NCBI GenBank assembly: GCA_903899655.1
Contig: CAIUKF010000017.1
Location: 50,586 to 114,585 of the forward strand
Source of the DNA: an uncultured bacterium
Lineage (GTDB): Bacteria; Patescibacteriota; Saccharimonadia; Saccharimonadales; Saccharimonadaceae
Direction of reading: 5' to 3'
DNA: 64,000 nucleotides
Position numbers and translations under genes: made by a program. Positions 1 through 9,255 of the stretch are shown one piece after another (position 1 is the stretch's first letter; each line of letters starts with the position of its first letter). Below the pieces are notes generated by a model, which was given only the letters and a program-made list of their open reading frames with translations, was not told the origin of the DNA and did no database searches.

Positions 1-57
1 GAAATCGATGCTGAAGTCGAGCAAGAAATTGCCGACAACATCGACCTAGCAATCTAG
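1..57 (+). CDS. C-terminal 18 codons of a CDS that starts upstream of the window
   Basis: Frame 1 is open from base 1 to TAG at 55-57 (EIDAEVEQEIADNIDLAI*) and a hairpin terminator follows. rpoC is the usual neighbour upstream of rpsL, but the fragment is too short to say. Confidence 0.3.
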   Translation, partial: EIDAEVEQEIADNIDLAI

Positions 58-90
58 TAGATAGTAGGTAGTAGGTAGTAAAGAACAAAG

Positions 91-120
91 TAGCCTCAGG
101 TAAACCTGGGGCTATTTGTT
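91..120 (+). terminator. Rho-independent terminator of the upstream CDS
   Basis: Hairpin TAGCCTCAGG-TAAA-CCTGGGGCTA followed by a T-rich tract. Confidence 0.55.
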
Positions 121-130
121 ATTTAAAGAA

Positions 131-221
131 TTGTTTATTCCAGGGTCAGACCCTGGAATAAACACCCTGGAACAAACAATTGTTATAACAAAATATCCCA
201 AGCATAGGCTTGGGATATTTT
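131..221. other. Hairpin cluster with alternative pairings
   Basis: TTGTTTATTCCAGGG (131-145) can pair with CCCTGGAATAAACA (151-164) or with CCCTGGAACAAACAA (165-179). A 14-bp hairpin AAAATATCCCAAGC/GCTTGGGATATTTT lies at 190-221. Confidence 0.5.
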
Positions 222-343
222 ATGTAGTCAAAAATCAAATTATTTATGAGAGTGGTGGGGTGAAAGGCGATTATGGTGATGAAATTAGATATCATCTCGA
301 CATAATGCTTTCACGCAGCGGTTTCGTTTCGTACAGGAACTAA

Positions 344-422
344 ATTAGTGTCAAGTGTGGGGTCGCTAACGCAGGGTAAATGCAAGCTGAAGCTTGAATG
401 TTACGTTAGTATTGACACTAAT
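344..422. other. Three-tier nested hairpin (candidate small structured RNA or palindromic element)
   Basis: ATTAGTGTCAA (344-354) pairs with TTGACACTAAT (412-422). Inside it CTAACG (366-371) pairs with CGTTAG (404-409), around an apical palindrome CAAGCTGAAGCTTG (383-396). Confidence 0.4.
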
Positions 423-651
423 ATTAGAACCTAAAGTTAGAATATATCACAATTCTAAAAAACAAAATTTCAAAACTTATTGCGAAAACACAAAAAACCA
501 TGAAAAACATCAAGAAAACAAGAACACGCTCTTTCTGGGCCCACACACCCATAAATAATTTGACTTTTTAAATAACAAACTTAGTAAACTAACTTAATTG
601 TATTGTACCACTAACATATAATAACGTCAATATTAGTAAATATATGTCTGG

Positions 652-680
652 TTGCATATTTATCGATATTTTGTTATAAT
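652..680 (+). promoter_or_regulatory. Sigma70-like promoter for rpsL-rpsG
   Basis: TTGCAT (652-657), 17-nt spacer, TATAAT (675-680). This implies a ~220-nt leader before the rpsL ATG. Confidence 0.5.
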
Positions 681-790
681 TACACACGAGTTTACTCTTA
701 TCGGATTAACGGATTATTGAATGTGTACAGATCTGTTGGGGCCGATAAGTATGACACAGAGAGAACATGCTGAGTTCAATCTGTAAATAT

Positions 791-874
791 AGCAAATGGA
801 ATATGGCTAATGGAATATGGCGAATCGCTAATTTCAGGTGCCAATAGCCAATAGCTAAATTCCAATAGCCAATT
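791..874. repeat. GGAATATGGCTATTGG / CCAATAGC repeat family, inverted pair (site 1)
   Basis: GGAATATGGCTAATGGAATATGGCGAATCGC faces GCCAATAGCCAATAGCTAAATTCCAATAGCC. Related copies occur at 10.9, 19.2, 37.1 and 60.1 kb. Confidence 0.7.
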
Positions 875-906
875 TAATAGTCAATTAAAACGGAGTTTTT
901 AACCAA

Positions 907-1320
907 ATGCCAACAATTAATCAATTAGTGCGAAAACCACGCAAGACGGCTTTGAAAAAATCAAAGAGTCCTGCATTAGGTAAAATCCACAATGCACTTA
1001 AAACTCGTTATTACGAGCAAAACAGCCCACTAAAACGTGGTGTTTGTATTCGCGTTACGACCAAAACACCAAAAAAACCAAACTCAGCACTTCGTAAAGT
1101 TGCTCGTGTTCGTTTGACGAACCAACAAGAAGTTTGGGCATACATTGGTGGCGAAGGTCACAACCTACAAGAACACGCCGTTGTGCTGGTTCGTGGTGGT
1201 CGTGTGCCAGACTTACCAGGTGTGCGTTATCATATTGTTCGCGGTGCATTGGACCTTCAGGGTGTTGCAAAACGCCAACAAGGCCGTTCAAAGTACGGTG
1301 CTAAAAAGGAGACCAAGTAA
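907..1320 (+). CDS. rpsL: 30S ribosomal protein S12
   Basis: 137 aa with the canonical N-terminus [13 protein letters not shown] and the [10 protein letters not shown] motif; followed by rpsG. Confidence 0.97.
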   Translation: MPTINQLVRKPRKTALKKSKSPALGKIHNALKTRYYEQNSPLKRGVCIRVTTKTPKKPNSALRKVARVRLTNQQEVWAYIGGEGHNLQEHAVVLVRGGRVPDLPGVRYHIVRGALDLQGVAKRQQGRSKYGAKKETK

Positions 1321-1799
1321 TGCCTCGTAAAACTACAATCAATTTGCAACGTACTGTTAGCCCAGATCGCAAATACCAAAGTGTGTTAGTTCAACGCCTA
1401 ATCAACAAGTCTATGCTAGATGGCAAAAAACAAGTTGCTGAACGCGCTGTCTATGATGCTTTGGAAATTGCTGCTAAAAAACTAGGTAGCGAAAACCCAC
1501 TCGAGATTTTTGAAAAAGCTTTGAAGAATATTTCTCCAAACTTTGAAATTAAATCTAGGCGTGTTGGTGGTGCTAACTATCAAATTCCATTTCCTGTTGC
1601 TGGTCATCGCCAGATGCACTATGCCTTTTCATGGCTAGTTCAATCTGCTCGTTTACGTCATGGTTCATCATATGCTCAACGCTTGGCGCTTGAGATTATT
1701 GATGCCTGTGGTGAAACCGGTGGTGCCTTCAAGAAAAAGGAAGATACTCATCGTATGGCCGAAGCAAACCGTGCTTTCGCACACTTTGCTCGCGCTTAA
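1320..1799 (+). CDS. rpsG: 30S ribosomal protein S7
   Basis: 159 aa, MPRK start overlapping the rpsL stop (TAATG); S7-like sequence and position. Confidence 0.95.
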   Translation: MPRKTTINLQRTVSPDRKYQSVLVQRLINKSMLDGKKQVAERAVYDALEIAAKKLGSENPLEIFEKALKNISPNFEIKSRRVGGANYQIPFPVAGHRQMHYAFSWLVQSARLRHGSSYAQRLALEIIDACGETGGAFKKKEDTHRMAEANRAFAHFARA

Positions 1800-1820
1800 T
1801 AACGCTAAATATCTTAAAAA

Positions 1821-1846
1821 AGCCGGACAAATGTTCGGCTTTTTTA
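1821..1846 (+). terminator. Rho-independent terminator after rpsG
   Basis: AGCCGGA-CAAATG-TTCGGCT hairpin followed by TTTTT. Confidence 0.6.
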
Positions 1847-1896
1847 ATGTATCATAACGATTATGTTTAATTAATATATAGTGCTAAAATTAAAGA

Positions 1897-3510
1897 ATGA
1901 AAAACGTGTGGGCGGGAAAACAAATACAATCAAAAATAAGTATTTTTTTCAACGGCTTTCGGACTGTAGAACACAGTGAATCGAACGGTTTCACAATCGT
2001 CGAACTACTAGTCGTAGTCGTAATCATTGGCATCCTAGCCTCTATCTCATACATCTCATACATGGGCATATCCCAAAAAGCAACTGTTGCTGTCTTAAAA
2101 TCTGATCTTCGTAATGCTGCAACTACACTAGAACTAGATAAAACAGTCACTGGTAACTATCCAGCTAACCAAAACGATGCCAATGGTGGTAAAGGTCTAC
2201 CTAAATCCCCTGGAACATCATACCAATACACTGTAGTTGGTAATGACTACAATCTTAGTGCTACATCTGGACTACTAGCTTTTCATATCTCTTCTACTAG
2301 TGGTGGTCTAATCGAAGACAATGTTTGGTCTGGGCATACGGCGCCAGGAGGTGGCACTGTTTGGAAGCAAACTATCGCAGGTTCATCTTATGCATGTGCG
2401 ACTGGAACGAATAGTTTGGCTTATTGTTGGGGAGCTAACACTTTTGGAGCATTAGGAAATAATTCTTCTGTTGATAGCATGACGCCTGTCAGTGTTAGCA
2501 CGTCGGGGGCTATGAGTGGTAAAACGATTAAGTTTTTGGTAGGAAATAATTATAATAACTGTGCTATCGCGTCTGACGACAAAGCATATTGTTGGGGTTG
2601 GAATTCATATGGTGCGATTGGTAATAATTCGACAACTAATGCCTTGGTGCCAACTGCGGTCGATATGACTGGTGTTTTAAGTGGTAAAACGATTAAATCA
2701 ATGACTGTAGGGCAGTATAATGCATGTGCTATCGCTTCTGACGACAAAGCATATTGTTGGGGATTAAATAATGCTGGCCAAATTGGCAATAATTCGACAA
2801 CGCAAAGCCTGGTGCCTGCAGCAGTTGACACGACGGGTTATTTAAGTGGTAAAACCGTAAAATCTATTGGTATAGGTGAATATTCTGCGTGTCTAATAGC
2901 TTCAGATAATTTAGTATACTGTTGGGGTGATAATGGCAGCGGACAGTTGGGCAATACTAATGGGAGTCAAAGACATTCTCCGTATCCAGTTGATACAACA
3001 GGTGTGTTGAATGGCAAAACAGCAGTTTCTTTATCTGTAGGTGCGGAATATGCATGTATTGTCGCCTCAGATAATAATGCTTATTGTTGGGGTAGAAACG
3101 ACTACGGTACGCTAGGTAATAATTCAAATACAAGTAGTTTTGTGCCAGTTGCTGTTAATACAGCTGGCGCATTAAGTGGTAAAACGATTTTATCTGTTTA
3201 CACTAATCAAGGTGCATATTATCATACCTGTGCTTTAGCATCAGATAATAATGCATATTGTTGGGGTGTGAATTGGAATGGTCAACTTGGTGATAATACA
3301 ACGAGCACAAGTTATGTTCCCGTTGCCGTTGATAGGTCTGGGGTGTTAAGTGGTAAGACGATAAAATCTATCAATCTGGGTAGTACTTCAACTTGTTCTA
3401 CTGCTTCTGATAATAATATATATTGTTGGGGTAGTAACGGATCCGGCCAATTAGGGAATAATTCTACAGTAGATAGCCATGTTCCAGTTGTTTCAGCAAC
3501 GATACCATAA
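1897..3510 (+). CDS. Type IV pilin-like protein with a C-terminal RCC1-repeat beta-propeller
   Basis: Prepilin-type N-terminus NGFTIVELLVVVVIIGILASI (G/F cleavage context, Glu at +5). About seven repeats of the YCWGxNxxGQLGN type follow. Confidence 0.8.
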   Translation: MKNVWAGKQIQSKISIFFNGFRTVEHSESNGFTIVELLVVVVIIGILASISYISYMGISQKATVAVLKSDLRNAATTLELDKTVTGNYPANQNDANGGKGLPKSPGTSYQYTVVGNDYNLSATSGLLAFHISSTSGGLIEDNVWSGHTAPGGGTVWKQTIAGSSYACATGTNSLAYCWGANTFGALGNNSSVDSMTPVSVSTSGAMSGKTIKFLVGNNYNNCAIASDDKAYCWGWNSYGAIGNNSTTNALVPTAVDMTGVLSGKTIKSMTVGQYNACAIASDDKAYCWGLNNAGQIGNNSTTQSLVPAAVDTTGYLSGKTVKSIGIGEYSACLIASDNLVYCWGDNGSGQLGNTNGSQRHSPYPVDTTGVLNGKTAVSLSVGAEYACIVASDNNAYCWGRNDYGTLGNNSNTSSFVPVAVNTAGALSGKTILSVYTNQGAYYHTCALASDNNAYCWGVNWNGQLGDNTTSTSYVPVAVDRSGVLSGKTIKSINLGSTSTCSTASDNNIYCWGSNGSGQLGNNSTVDSHVPVVSATIP

Positions 3511-3672
3511 ATACATTTACGCAATAATTCAGGTTACAGCGCAGTCTATATACTGGTAAAATTGATAATAATCTGCTAAAATAGACATCAAGAGCTATTA
3601 TAAGTGGCAAAAATAATTAATTAACATGCATTCATCTGATGATGAAGGCGAAAAGGATAATAGGATAACCAA

Positions 3673-5760
3673 ATGGCAGAAAAACATGTCCCTCTAGTGG
3701 ACCTACGTAATATCGGAATTATTGCTCACATTGACGCGGGCAAAACAACTACTACTGAGGCTATTTTGTATCGTACTGGTTTGTCACATAAAATTGGTTT
3801 GGTCCACGAAGGTGCAACCACGACTGACTGGATGGAGCAAGAGCGTGAACGTGGTATCACGATTACTTCAGCTGCCGTTACAGCATTCTGGAAGGGTAAA
3901 AAGATTAACCTTATCGATACACCAGGTCACATCGACTTTACTGCCGAAGTTGAACGTTCTTTACGTGTCTTGGACGGTGCAGTTACGGTCTTTGACGGTA
4001 AGATGGGTGTTGAAGCACAATCTGAAACTGTTTGGCGCCAAGCTAACAAGTACAGTGTACCTCGTATCTGTTTTATTAACAAGATTAACCAAACTGGTGG
4101 CGACTTTTACAAATCACTTGATTCAATTCACCGCCGTTTAACTAAAAACGCTTTGCCAATTCACTTGCCAATTGGTTTTGAAAAAGATATCAATGGTGTT
4201 GTTGACTTGGTTGACATGAAATCTTATACGTATACTGATTTTGCCGACCATCAATTAATTGTTGGTGAAGTTCCAGCTGATATGGTTGAAAAAGCTAAGA
4301 ACGCTCGCAAATTGCTGGTTGAAGCTGCCGTTGAAGCCGATGATGAATTGTTTGAACGATTCTTGGATAAGGGTGAAGATTCAATTACGATTGATGAATT
4401 AAAGGGTGCATTGCGCAAACGTGTTTTGGCTGGCGACTTTTACCTAGTAACAGGCGGCGATGGTCGTGGTGTTATTGTCGAAAAAGTTTTGGACTTGGTT
4501 GTTGATTACTTGCCATCACCACTAGATGTTAGTGGTATTTGGGGTCATGACCCTAAAACCGGTGCTGAAATTGAACGCAAACCTGATGTCAAAGAACCTT
4601 TGTCATCACTAGCCTTCAAAATCGCAACTGACCCATTTGTTGGTAAGTTGATTTTCGTTCGTGTTTACAGTGGTCAAATGACAGCTGGTTCATACGTCCT
4701 TAACACCGTAACAGGTGAAAAAGAACGTATCGGCCGTATCGTTCGTATGCACGCTGATAAACGTGAAGATATTGATTCAATCGATGCTGGCGATATTGCT
4801 GCCGTTGTAGGTTTAAAGGGTACATTTACTGGTCATACACTATCTGACATTGCTAAACCAATTACACTTGAATCAATTACTTTCCCAGATCCTCCAGTTT
4901 CGATTGCGGTTGAACCAAAAACCAAAGCCGACCAAGAAAAAATGGGTATTGCTTTGCAACGTTTGGCTGAAGAAGACCCAACTTTCCGAATTCATACCGA
5001 TGAAGAAACTGGTCAGACAATTATGTCAGGAATGGGTGAGTTGCACTTGGATATTTTGATTGATCGTATGAAGCGCGAATTTAAGGTTGAAGCCAATATT
5101 GGTGAACCTCAGGTTGCCTTCCGTGAATCTATCAAAGGCAATTCAGACGTTCAAGGTAAACACGCTAAACAATCTGGTGGTCGTGGTCAGTACGGTGATG
5201 TCTGGGTTAAATTTGAACCAAACGAAATGGGTAAAGGCTTTGAATTTATCGATGCCATCAAGGGTGGATCAGTGCCTCAAGAGTACCGCAAACCAGTTGA
5301 AGCTGGTATTCGTGAAACATTGCTAGGCGGTGTTATTGCTGGTTATCCAGTCGTCGATGTCAAAGCGACACTTTATGACGGAAGCTACCATGATGTTGAC
5401 TCCAGTGAATTAGCCTTTAAATTGGCGGGTTCAATTGCAGCCCGTGAAGGTATCAAAAAAGCTAAACCAATTCTACTTGAACCAATCATGCGCGTCGAAG
5501 TTACTACTCCTGAAGATTTCATGGGTGACGTTATTGGCGATTTGAACAGTCGTCGTGGCCGTATCGAGGCCATGGAAGATTTAAGTGCTGGTGCTAAATT
5601 AATCAAGGCTTTCGTTCCACTGGCTAATATGTTTGGTTATACAACCGATCTAAGGTCAATGAGCCAAGGCCGTGCTGCCAGCACAATGGAACTAGCTCAG
5701 TACGAGGAAGTACCACCTAACGTTTCTCAAGAGATTATTGAAAAACGTTCAAGTAAATAA
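3673..5760 (+). CDS. fusA: Elongation factor G
   Basis: 695 aa with the GTPase motifs AHIDAGKTT and DTPGH; conserved position after rpsG. Confidence 0.97.
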   Translation: MAEKHVPLVDLRNIGIIAHIDAGKTTTTEAILYRTGLSHKIGLVHEGATTTDWMEQERERGITITSAAVTAFWKGKKINLIDTPGHIDFTAEVERSLRVLDGAVTVFDGKMGVEAQSETVWRQANKYSVPRICFINKINQTGGDFYKSLDSIHRRLTKNALPIHLPIGFEKDINGVVDLVDMKSYTYTDFADHQLIVGEVPADMVEKAKNARKLLVEAAVEADDELFERFLDKGEDSITIDELKGALRKRVLAGDFYLVTGGDGRGVIVEKVLDLVVDYLPSPLDVSGIWGHDPKTGAEIERKPDVKEPLSSLAFKIATDPFVGKLIFVRVYSGQMTAGSYVLNTVTGEKERIGRIVRMHADKREDIDSIDAGDIAAVVGLKGTFTGHTLSDIAKPITLESITFPDPPVSIAVEPKTKADQEKMGIALQRLAEEDPTFRIHTDEETGQTIMSGMGELHLDILIDRMKREFKVEANIGEPQVAFRESIKGNSDVQGKHAKQSGGRGQYGDVWVKFEPNEMGKGFEFIDAIKGGSVPQEYRKPVEAGIRETLLGGVIAGYPVVDVKATLYDGSYHDVDSSELAFKLAGSIAAREGIKKAKPILLEPIMRVEVTTPEDFMGDVIGDLNSRRGRIEAMEDLSAGAKLIKAFVPLANMFGYTTDLRSMSQGRAASTMELAQYEEVPPNVSQEIIEKRSSK

Positions 5761-5776
5761 TCCGAAACAGAATATT

Positions 5777-5805
5777 AATAAGCGACTCATTTGGGTCGCT
5801 TATTA
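5777..5805 (+). terminator. Terminator after fusA
   Basis: TAATAAGCGAC-loop-GTCGCTTATTA hairpin. Confidence 0.55.
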
Positions 5806-5872
5806 TATACCTTTGAAATCTAGTTGTTTAGAACTATAATTGATTACGATAGATAAACTTTTATTTACGATT

Positions 5873-6487
5873 ATGAAAAAAAATACAAAATTTAGCGCAT
5901 TAAATTTAGCATACTTGTTTGGCGGTGTAATATTGTTTGGTGTCGGTTTGAGTGGTTTGTCGACTAAAGATACACGTTGGTTAAATTGGCACTTTAGTCG
6001 CCTTGGTGAGGGTAGTGGATTATCGTCAATCGAATTTAATATTACGATATTGATATCAGCGGTAATCGTATATTTTATTGGCCGTGATTTGAGTATCAAT
6101 ATCGCAAGGTTGTCTCAAAAGCATGCTGTTAACGCAAGAAAAGCCCAACTAATTATCGGCTTAGCTTTTAACGCCATAGCTTTATGTCTGGTGTGCCTGG
6201 CCTTGTTTCCATTTGATCGTTTTTCGTTTGTCCATGATATTTTTGGATATTCAATGTTATATATATTTTTGGGGCTTTGTATGTTGATGCAAAAGATATT
6301 ACCTATATTTTCAAGTAGGTTTTATATTTATGGTGATTTAGTTATCTTAGTATCGGCGATTATTTATACCATCTTTATAAAATTTCGATTAATAACATTG
6401 TTAATATTCGAAGGTATTGTTTTTATTTTATTGTATATATGGTTACTAGTCTTTATTAAAGAAATTAGCCAAAAATCATCCGTCTAA
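5873..6487 (+). CDS. Hypothetical polytopic membrane protein
   Basis: ORF 5840-6487. The ATG at 5873 is preferred because TATAAT at 5835-5840 overlaps the upstream alternative start. Several hydrophobic segments. Confidence 0.55.
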   Translation: MKKNTKFSALNLAYLFGGVILFGVGLSGLSTKDTRWLNWHFSRLGEGSGLSSIEFNITILISAVIVYFIGRDLSINIARLSQKHAVNARKAQLIIGLAFNAIALCLVCLALFPFDRFSFVHDIFGYSMLYIFLGLCMLMQKILPIFSSRFYIYGDLVILVSAIIYTIFIKFRLITLLIFEGIVFILLYIWLLVFIKEISQKSSV

Positions 6488-6615
6488 TTATGCCAATTTT
6501 GTCAAGAATACACTAAATACGTCTTTACTGAATGCGATTATTTCTGTATAATGTCAGATATACGTCGTGGATATAATATTAACTACGTCTAAAAATTAAT
6601 AGGAGAATAACTACA

Positions 6616-7800
6616 ATGGCAGCAGAGTTCGACCGAACTAAACCCCATGTTAACGTAGGCACAATGGGCCACGTTGACCACGGTAAAACAACTTTAACTT
6701 CAGCAATTACTAACGTTCTTGCTCGTCGCAAACCAAGCGCAGTCAACAAAGCTGTTGACTATGCTCAAATCGACAACGCTCCAGAAGAGCGCGCCCGTGG
6801 TATTACTATTGCGTCTTCTCACCAAGAGTATGAATCAGACAAGCGCCACTACGCTCACGTCGACATGCCAGGACACGCTGACTACATCAAAAACATGATT
6901 ACTGGTGCTGCTCAAATCGACGGCGCAATCCTAGTGGTTGCTGCAAACGATGGTCCATTGCCACAAACTCGTGAACACGTTTTGTTGGCTCACCAAGTTG
7001 GTGTTCCTAAGATCCTTGTTTTCCTAAACAAGATGGACTTGGCTGATCCTGAACTAGTTGAACTAGTTGAAATGGATATTCGCGAACTGTTGGCTAAAAA
7101 CGGATTCGACGAAAATGCTCCAATCATCAAGGGTTCTGCAACTAAGGCTCTAGAAGGCGACAAAGAATCAGAAGACGCTATTATGGAACTGGTTGAAGCT
7201 CTAGACAGCTACATTCCAGAACCTGTCCGCGAACTAGACAAACCTTTCCTAATGCCAATTGAGGACGTTTTCTCAATCAAAGGCCGTGGAACAGTTGCTA
7301 CTGGTCGTATTGAACAAGGTGTCATCAAAATCAACGATCCAGTTGAAATTGTTGGTATCCGTGCAACTCAAACATCAGTTGTTACTGGTATTGAAGCTTT
7401 CAAAAAGAACCTTACCCAAGGTCAAGCAGGCGACAACGCTGGTATCTTGCTACGTGGTATTGAGCGCGAACAAATCGAACGCGGTCAAGTTGTTGTTAAA
7501 CCAGGCAGCCTAACTCCACACACCGAGTTTGAGTCTGAAGTTTACATCCTTAAAAAAGAAGAGGGTGGCCGACACACTCCATTTAGCAAAGGTTACAAAC
7601 CACAGTTTTACTTCCGTACAACTGACGTAACCGGTGAAGTTGAACTTCCAGCCGACAAAGAACTAGTTATCCCTGGCGATACACTAACTTTCAAGGTTAA
7701 ATTGCTTGCTCCAATCGCTATGGAAAAAGGTCTAACCTTTGCCATCCGCGAAGGTGGCAAAACTGTTGGTGCTGGTGTTGTTACAAACATCATCAAGTAA
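6616..7800 (+). CDS. tuf: Elongation factor Tu
   Basis: 394 aa with [17 protein letters not shown] and NKMD motifs; AGGAG Shine-Dalgarno upstream. Confidence 0.98.
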   Translation: MAAEFDRTKPHVNVGTMGHVDHGKTTLTSAITNVLARRKPSAVNKAVDYAQIDNAPEERARGITIASSHQEYESDKRHYAHVDMPGHADYIKNMITGAAQIDGAILVVAANDGPLPQTREHVLLAHQVGVPKILVFLNKMDLADPELVELVEMDIRELLAKNGFDENAPIIKGSATKALEGDKESEDAIMELVEALDSYIPEPVRELDKPFLMPIEDVFSIKGRGTVATGRIEQGVIKINDPVEIVGIRATQTSVVTGIEAFKKNLTQGQAGDNAGILLRGIEREQIERGQVVVKPGSLTPHTEFESEVYILKKEEGGRHTPFSKGYKPQFYFRTTDVTGEVELPADKELVIPGDTLTFKVKLLAPIAMEKGLTFAIREGGKTVGAGVVTNIIK

Positions 7801-7817
7801 TCAGTTTAAATGCTAAC

Positions 7818-7849
7818 ATAAATACCTCCGAGCAATCGGAGGTATTTAT
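7818..7849 (+). terminator. Terminator after tuf
   Basis: AAATACCTCCG-AGCAA-TCGGAGGTATTT hairpin. Confidence 0.65.
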
Positions 7850-7879
7850 GTTATATCTGTTGTTTGCTATAATAAATAC

Positions 7880-8161
7880 ATGGATAAAGCAAAAAATACA
7901 AAGCGATTCGACAGAATCGATTCCCAACTTGAGCGTATTACTGCTGCAATGATTAATGGTTTTGACCGTATTGATAAAAGGTTTGAACTTACAGCATCTC
8001 AAGAAAGCCTTGATAGGCTAACTAATACGATCGATAGTTTCGTCAAAAGACTAGATGACTCTGAGATTGAACAAGTCTCACGCGATGAACAATTCAAACG
8101 TTTGTTAAGTTGGGCGCGCGAAGTCTCTAAGAAAACCGGAATTCCGCTAAGAGATTTATAG
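7880..8161 (+). CDS. Hypothetical coiled-coil protein (93 aa)
   Basis: ORF with TATAAT-like AATAAATACATG context; no recognisable family. Confidence 0.5.
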   Translation: MDKAKNTKRFDRIDSQLERITAAMINGFDRIDKRFELTASQESLDRLTNTIDSFVKRLDDSEIEQVSRDEQFKRLLSWAREVSKKTGIPLRDL

Positions 8162-8165
8162 AAGT

Positions 8166-8195
8166 AAATACCTTTAAGCAATTGGAGGTGTATTC
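8166..8195 (+). terminator. Second, diverged copy of the tuf terminator
   Basis: AAATACCTTTAAGCAATTGGAGGTGTATT closely resembles 7821-7848. Confidence 0.5.
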
Positions 8196-8217
8196 TTATA
8201 TATGTTTTTTTCTACAT

Positions 8218-8696
8218 CACCGCCCACCATTCCAACACTAATCCAACATCCTGTTTGTCTGACGCGCTTAAAATTAAATCAACTAAACTATGTATCCTGC
8301 GTAACTCGTTACCACTCAAACATACTCGGATAGCCTGGTTTAGTTGATTTAATTTTAACGGTCAAACAAAGGGATATTGTATTAGTATTGTTCATGTTGG
8401 ACGGCTAGCGATGTTTTGAATAGTCGCTAGCCACCAACTCCACCACAAACAACTCAGTCGGCTGTTAGATTACCGTAAAAATAGTCAGTTAGTTTCGTTG
8501 CTAGTCGAGGACCACCTGAACCCAATTGTTTGCTGTTCAGCAAAACAATTGGCGTGAAGGCGATCCTTCACTTTATGGTACCGTCCACGCGTACCATACA
8601 GGAAGGTCGTTCCGCAGACTACAAAGAAACTAACTGACTATTTTTAAACGCGTAATCTAAGTGGCGACTTAGGGGTTTGGGGAGGAGGGGGTGGTG
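8218..8696 (+). ncRNA. Candidate large structured RNA or nested palindromic element (~480 nt, class unknown)
   Basis: No ORF over 60 aa. A closing helix 8218-8225/8689-8696 encloses two perfect helices of 21 bp and 20 bp, plus at least five further hairpins. Details are in the findings. Confidence 0.35.
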
Positions 8697-8727
8697 AATA
8701 AAAAGATGATAGAAATTGAAGCGAATC

Positions 8728-8756
8728 TTGATTATTGTATCTGAAAATGCTACAAT
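8728..8756 (+). promoter_or_regulatory. Sigma70-like promoter for rpsJ
   Basis: TTGATT (8728-8733), 17-nt spacer, TACAAT (8751-8756). A ~110-nt structured leader follows (GTCGCATTGCGAC hairpin). Confidence 0.55.
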
Positions 8757-8867
8757 ACCTGCATATTATTTAATGATATCGACAACTCGGCAGCGACAGA
8801 ACTAAACTGGTTCGTAGCAGAGGTTACGATATAACAGTCGCATTGCGACAAGAAGGAAACCATTTAT

Positions 8868-9191
8868 ATGGCAGACAAGCAAGAACAAAGTCTACGTATT
8901 CGTATTCGCCTAAAAGCATACGATCACAAAGTCATTGACCAATCAGCAAAACAAATTATCGACACTGCAATCCGTACTGGCGCTTCAATCGCCGGTCCAG
9001 TGCCACTTCCTACGCGTCGCAGCACGTTTACGGTTGTTAAGTCACCACACGTCTACAAAAAGGGTGGTGAAGCCTTTGAAATGCGCGTTCACAAACGTCT
9101 AATCGACATTACTGACGCTACTCCAAAGACAATCGACAGTTTGCAAAACCTCAGCCTACCAGCTGGTGTTGATGCTGAAATTCGAATGTAA
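8868..9191 (+). CDS. rpsJ: 30S ribosomal protein S10
   Basis: 107 aa; the [22 protein letters not shown] core is typical of S10. Confidence 0.95.
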   Translation: MADKQEQSLRIRIRLKAYDHKVIDQSAKQIIDTAIRTGASIAGPVPLPTRRSTFTVVKSPHVYKKGGEAFEMRVHKRLIDITDATPKTIDSLQNLSLPAGVDAEIRM

Positions 9192-9209
9192 TCGAAGTTA
9201 AATCAAATT

Positions 9210-9236
9210 AAATACCCCGCATTTCGCGGGGTATTT
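9210..9236. terminator. Bidirectional terminator between rpsJ and a convergent gene
   Basis: AAATACCCCGC-ATTTC-GCGGGGTATTT, an 11-bp perfect stem flanked by A and T tracts. Confidence 0.7.
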
Positions 9237-9255
9237 AATTTGTTGAAATAACAAA

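Noticed and set aside
58-80. Short tandem TAGTAGATAGTAGGTAGTAGGTAGTAA right after the first stop codon
   Set aside because: It is only ~25 nt of stop-rich microsatellite-like sequence with no spacer structure. It is not a CRISPR array or a meaningful repeat array.
116-343. 75-aa ORF in the rpsL upstream gap
   Set aside because: It runs through three perfect hairpins and palindromes, has no Shine-Dalgarno, and its composition follows the repeats. It is more likely non-coding.
1055-1291. Antisense and alternate-frame ORFs inside conserved genes (e.g. 1055-1291, 14932-15285, 19834-20202, 20127-20525, 27061-27369, 61363-61626)
   Set aside because: They are shadow ORFs overlapping well-supported ribosomal or ABC genes on the opposite strand or in another frame, with no independent signals.
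8203-8334. 43-aa ORF (MFFSTSPPTIPTLIQ...) at the start of the nested-helix element
   Set aside because: It has no Shine-Dalgarno, lies within the paired arms, and is short. There is no evidence that it is coding.
8218-8696. Identification of the nested-helix element as RNase P RNA, tmRNA, SRP RNA or 6S RNA
   Set aside because: I found no GAGGAAAGUCC-type P4 sequence, no tRNA-like GGTTCGA...CCACCA 3' end, and no SRP GGAA/AGCA domain IV motif on either strand. The class is left open.
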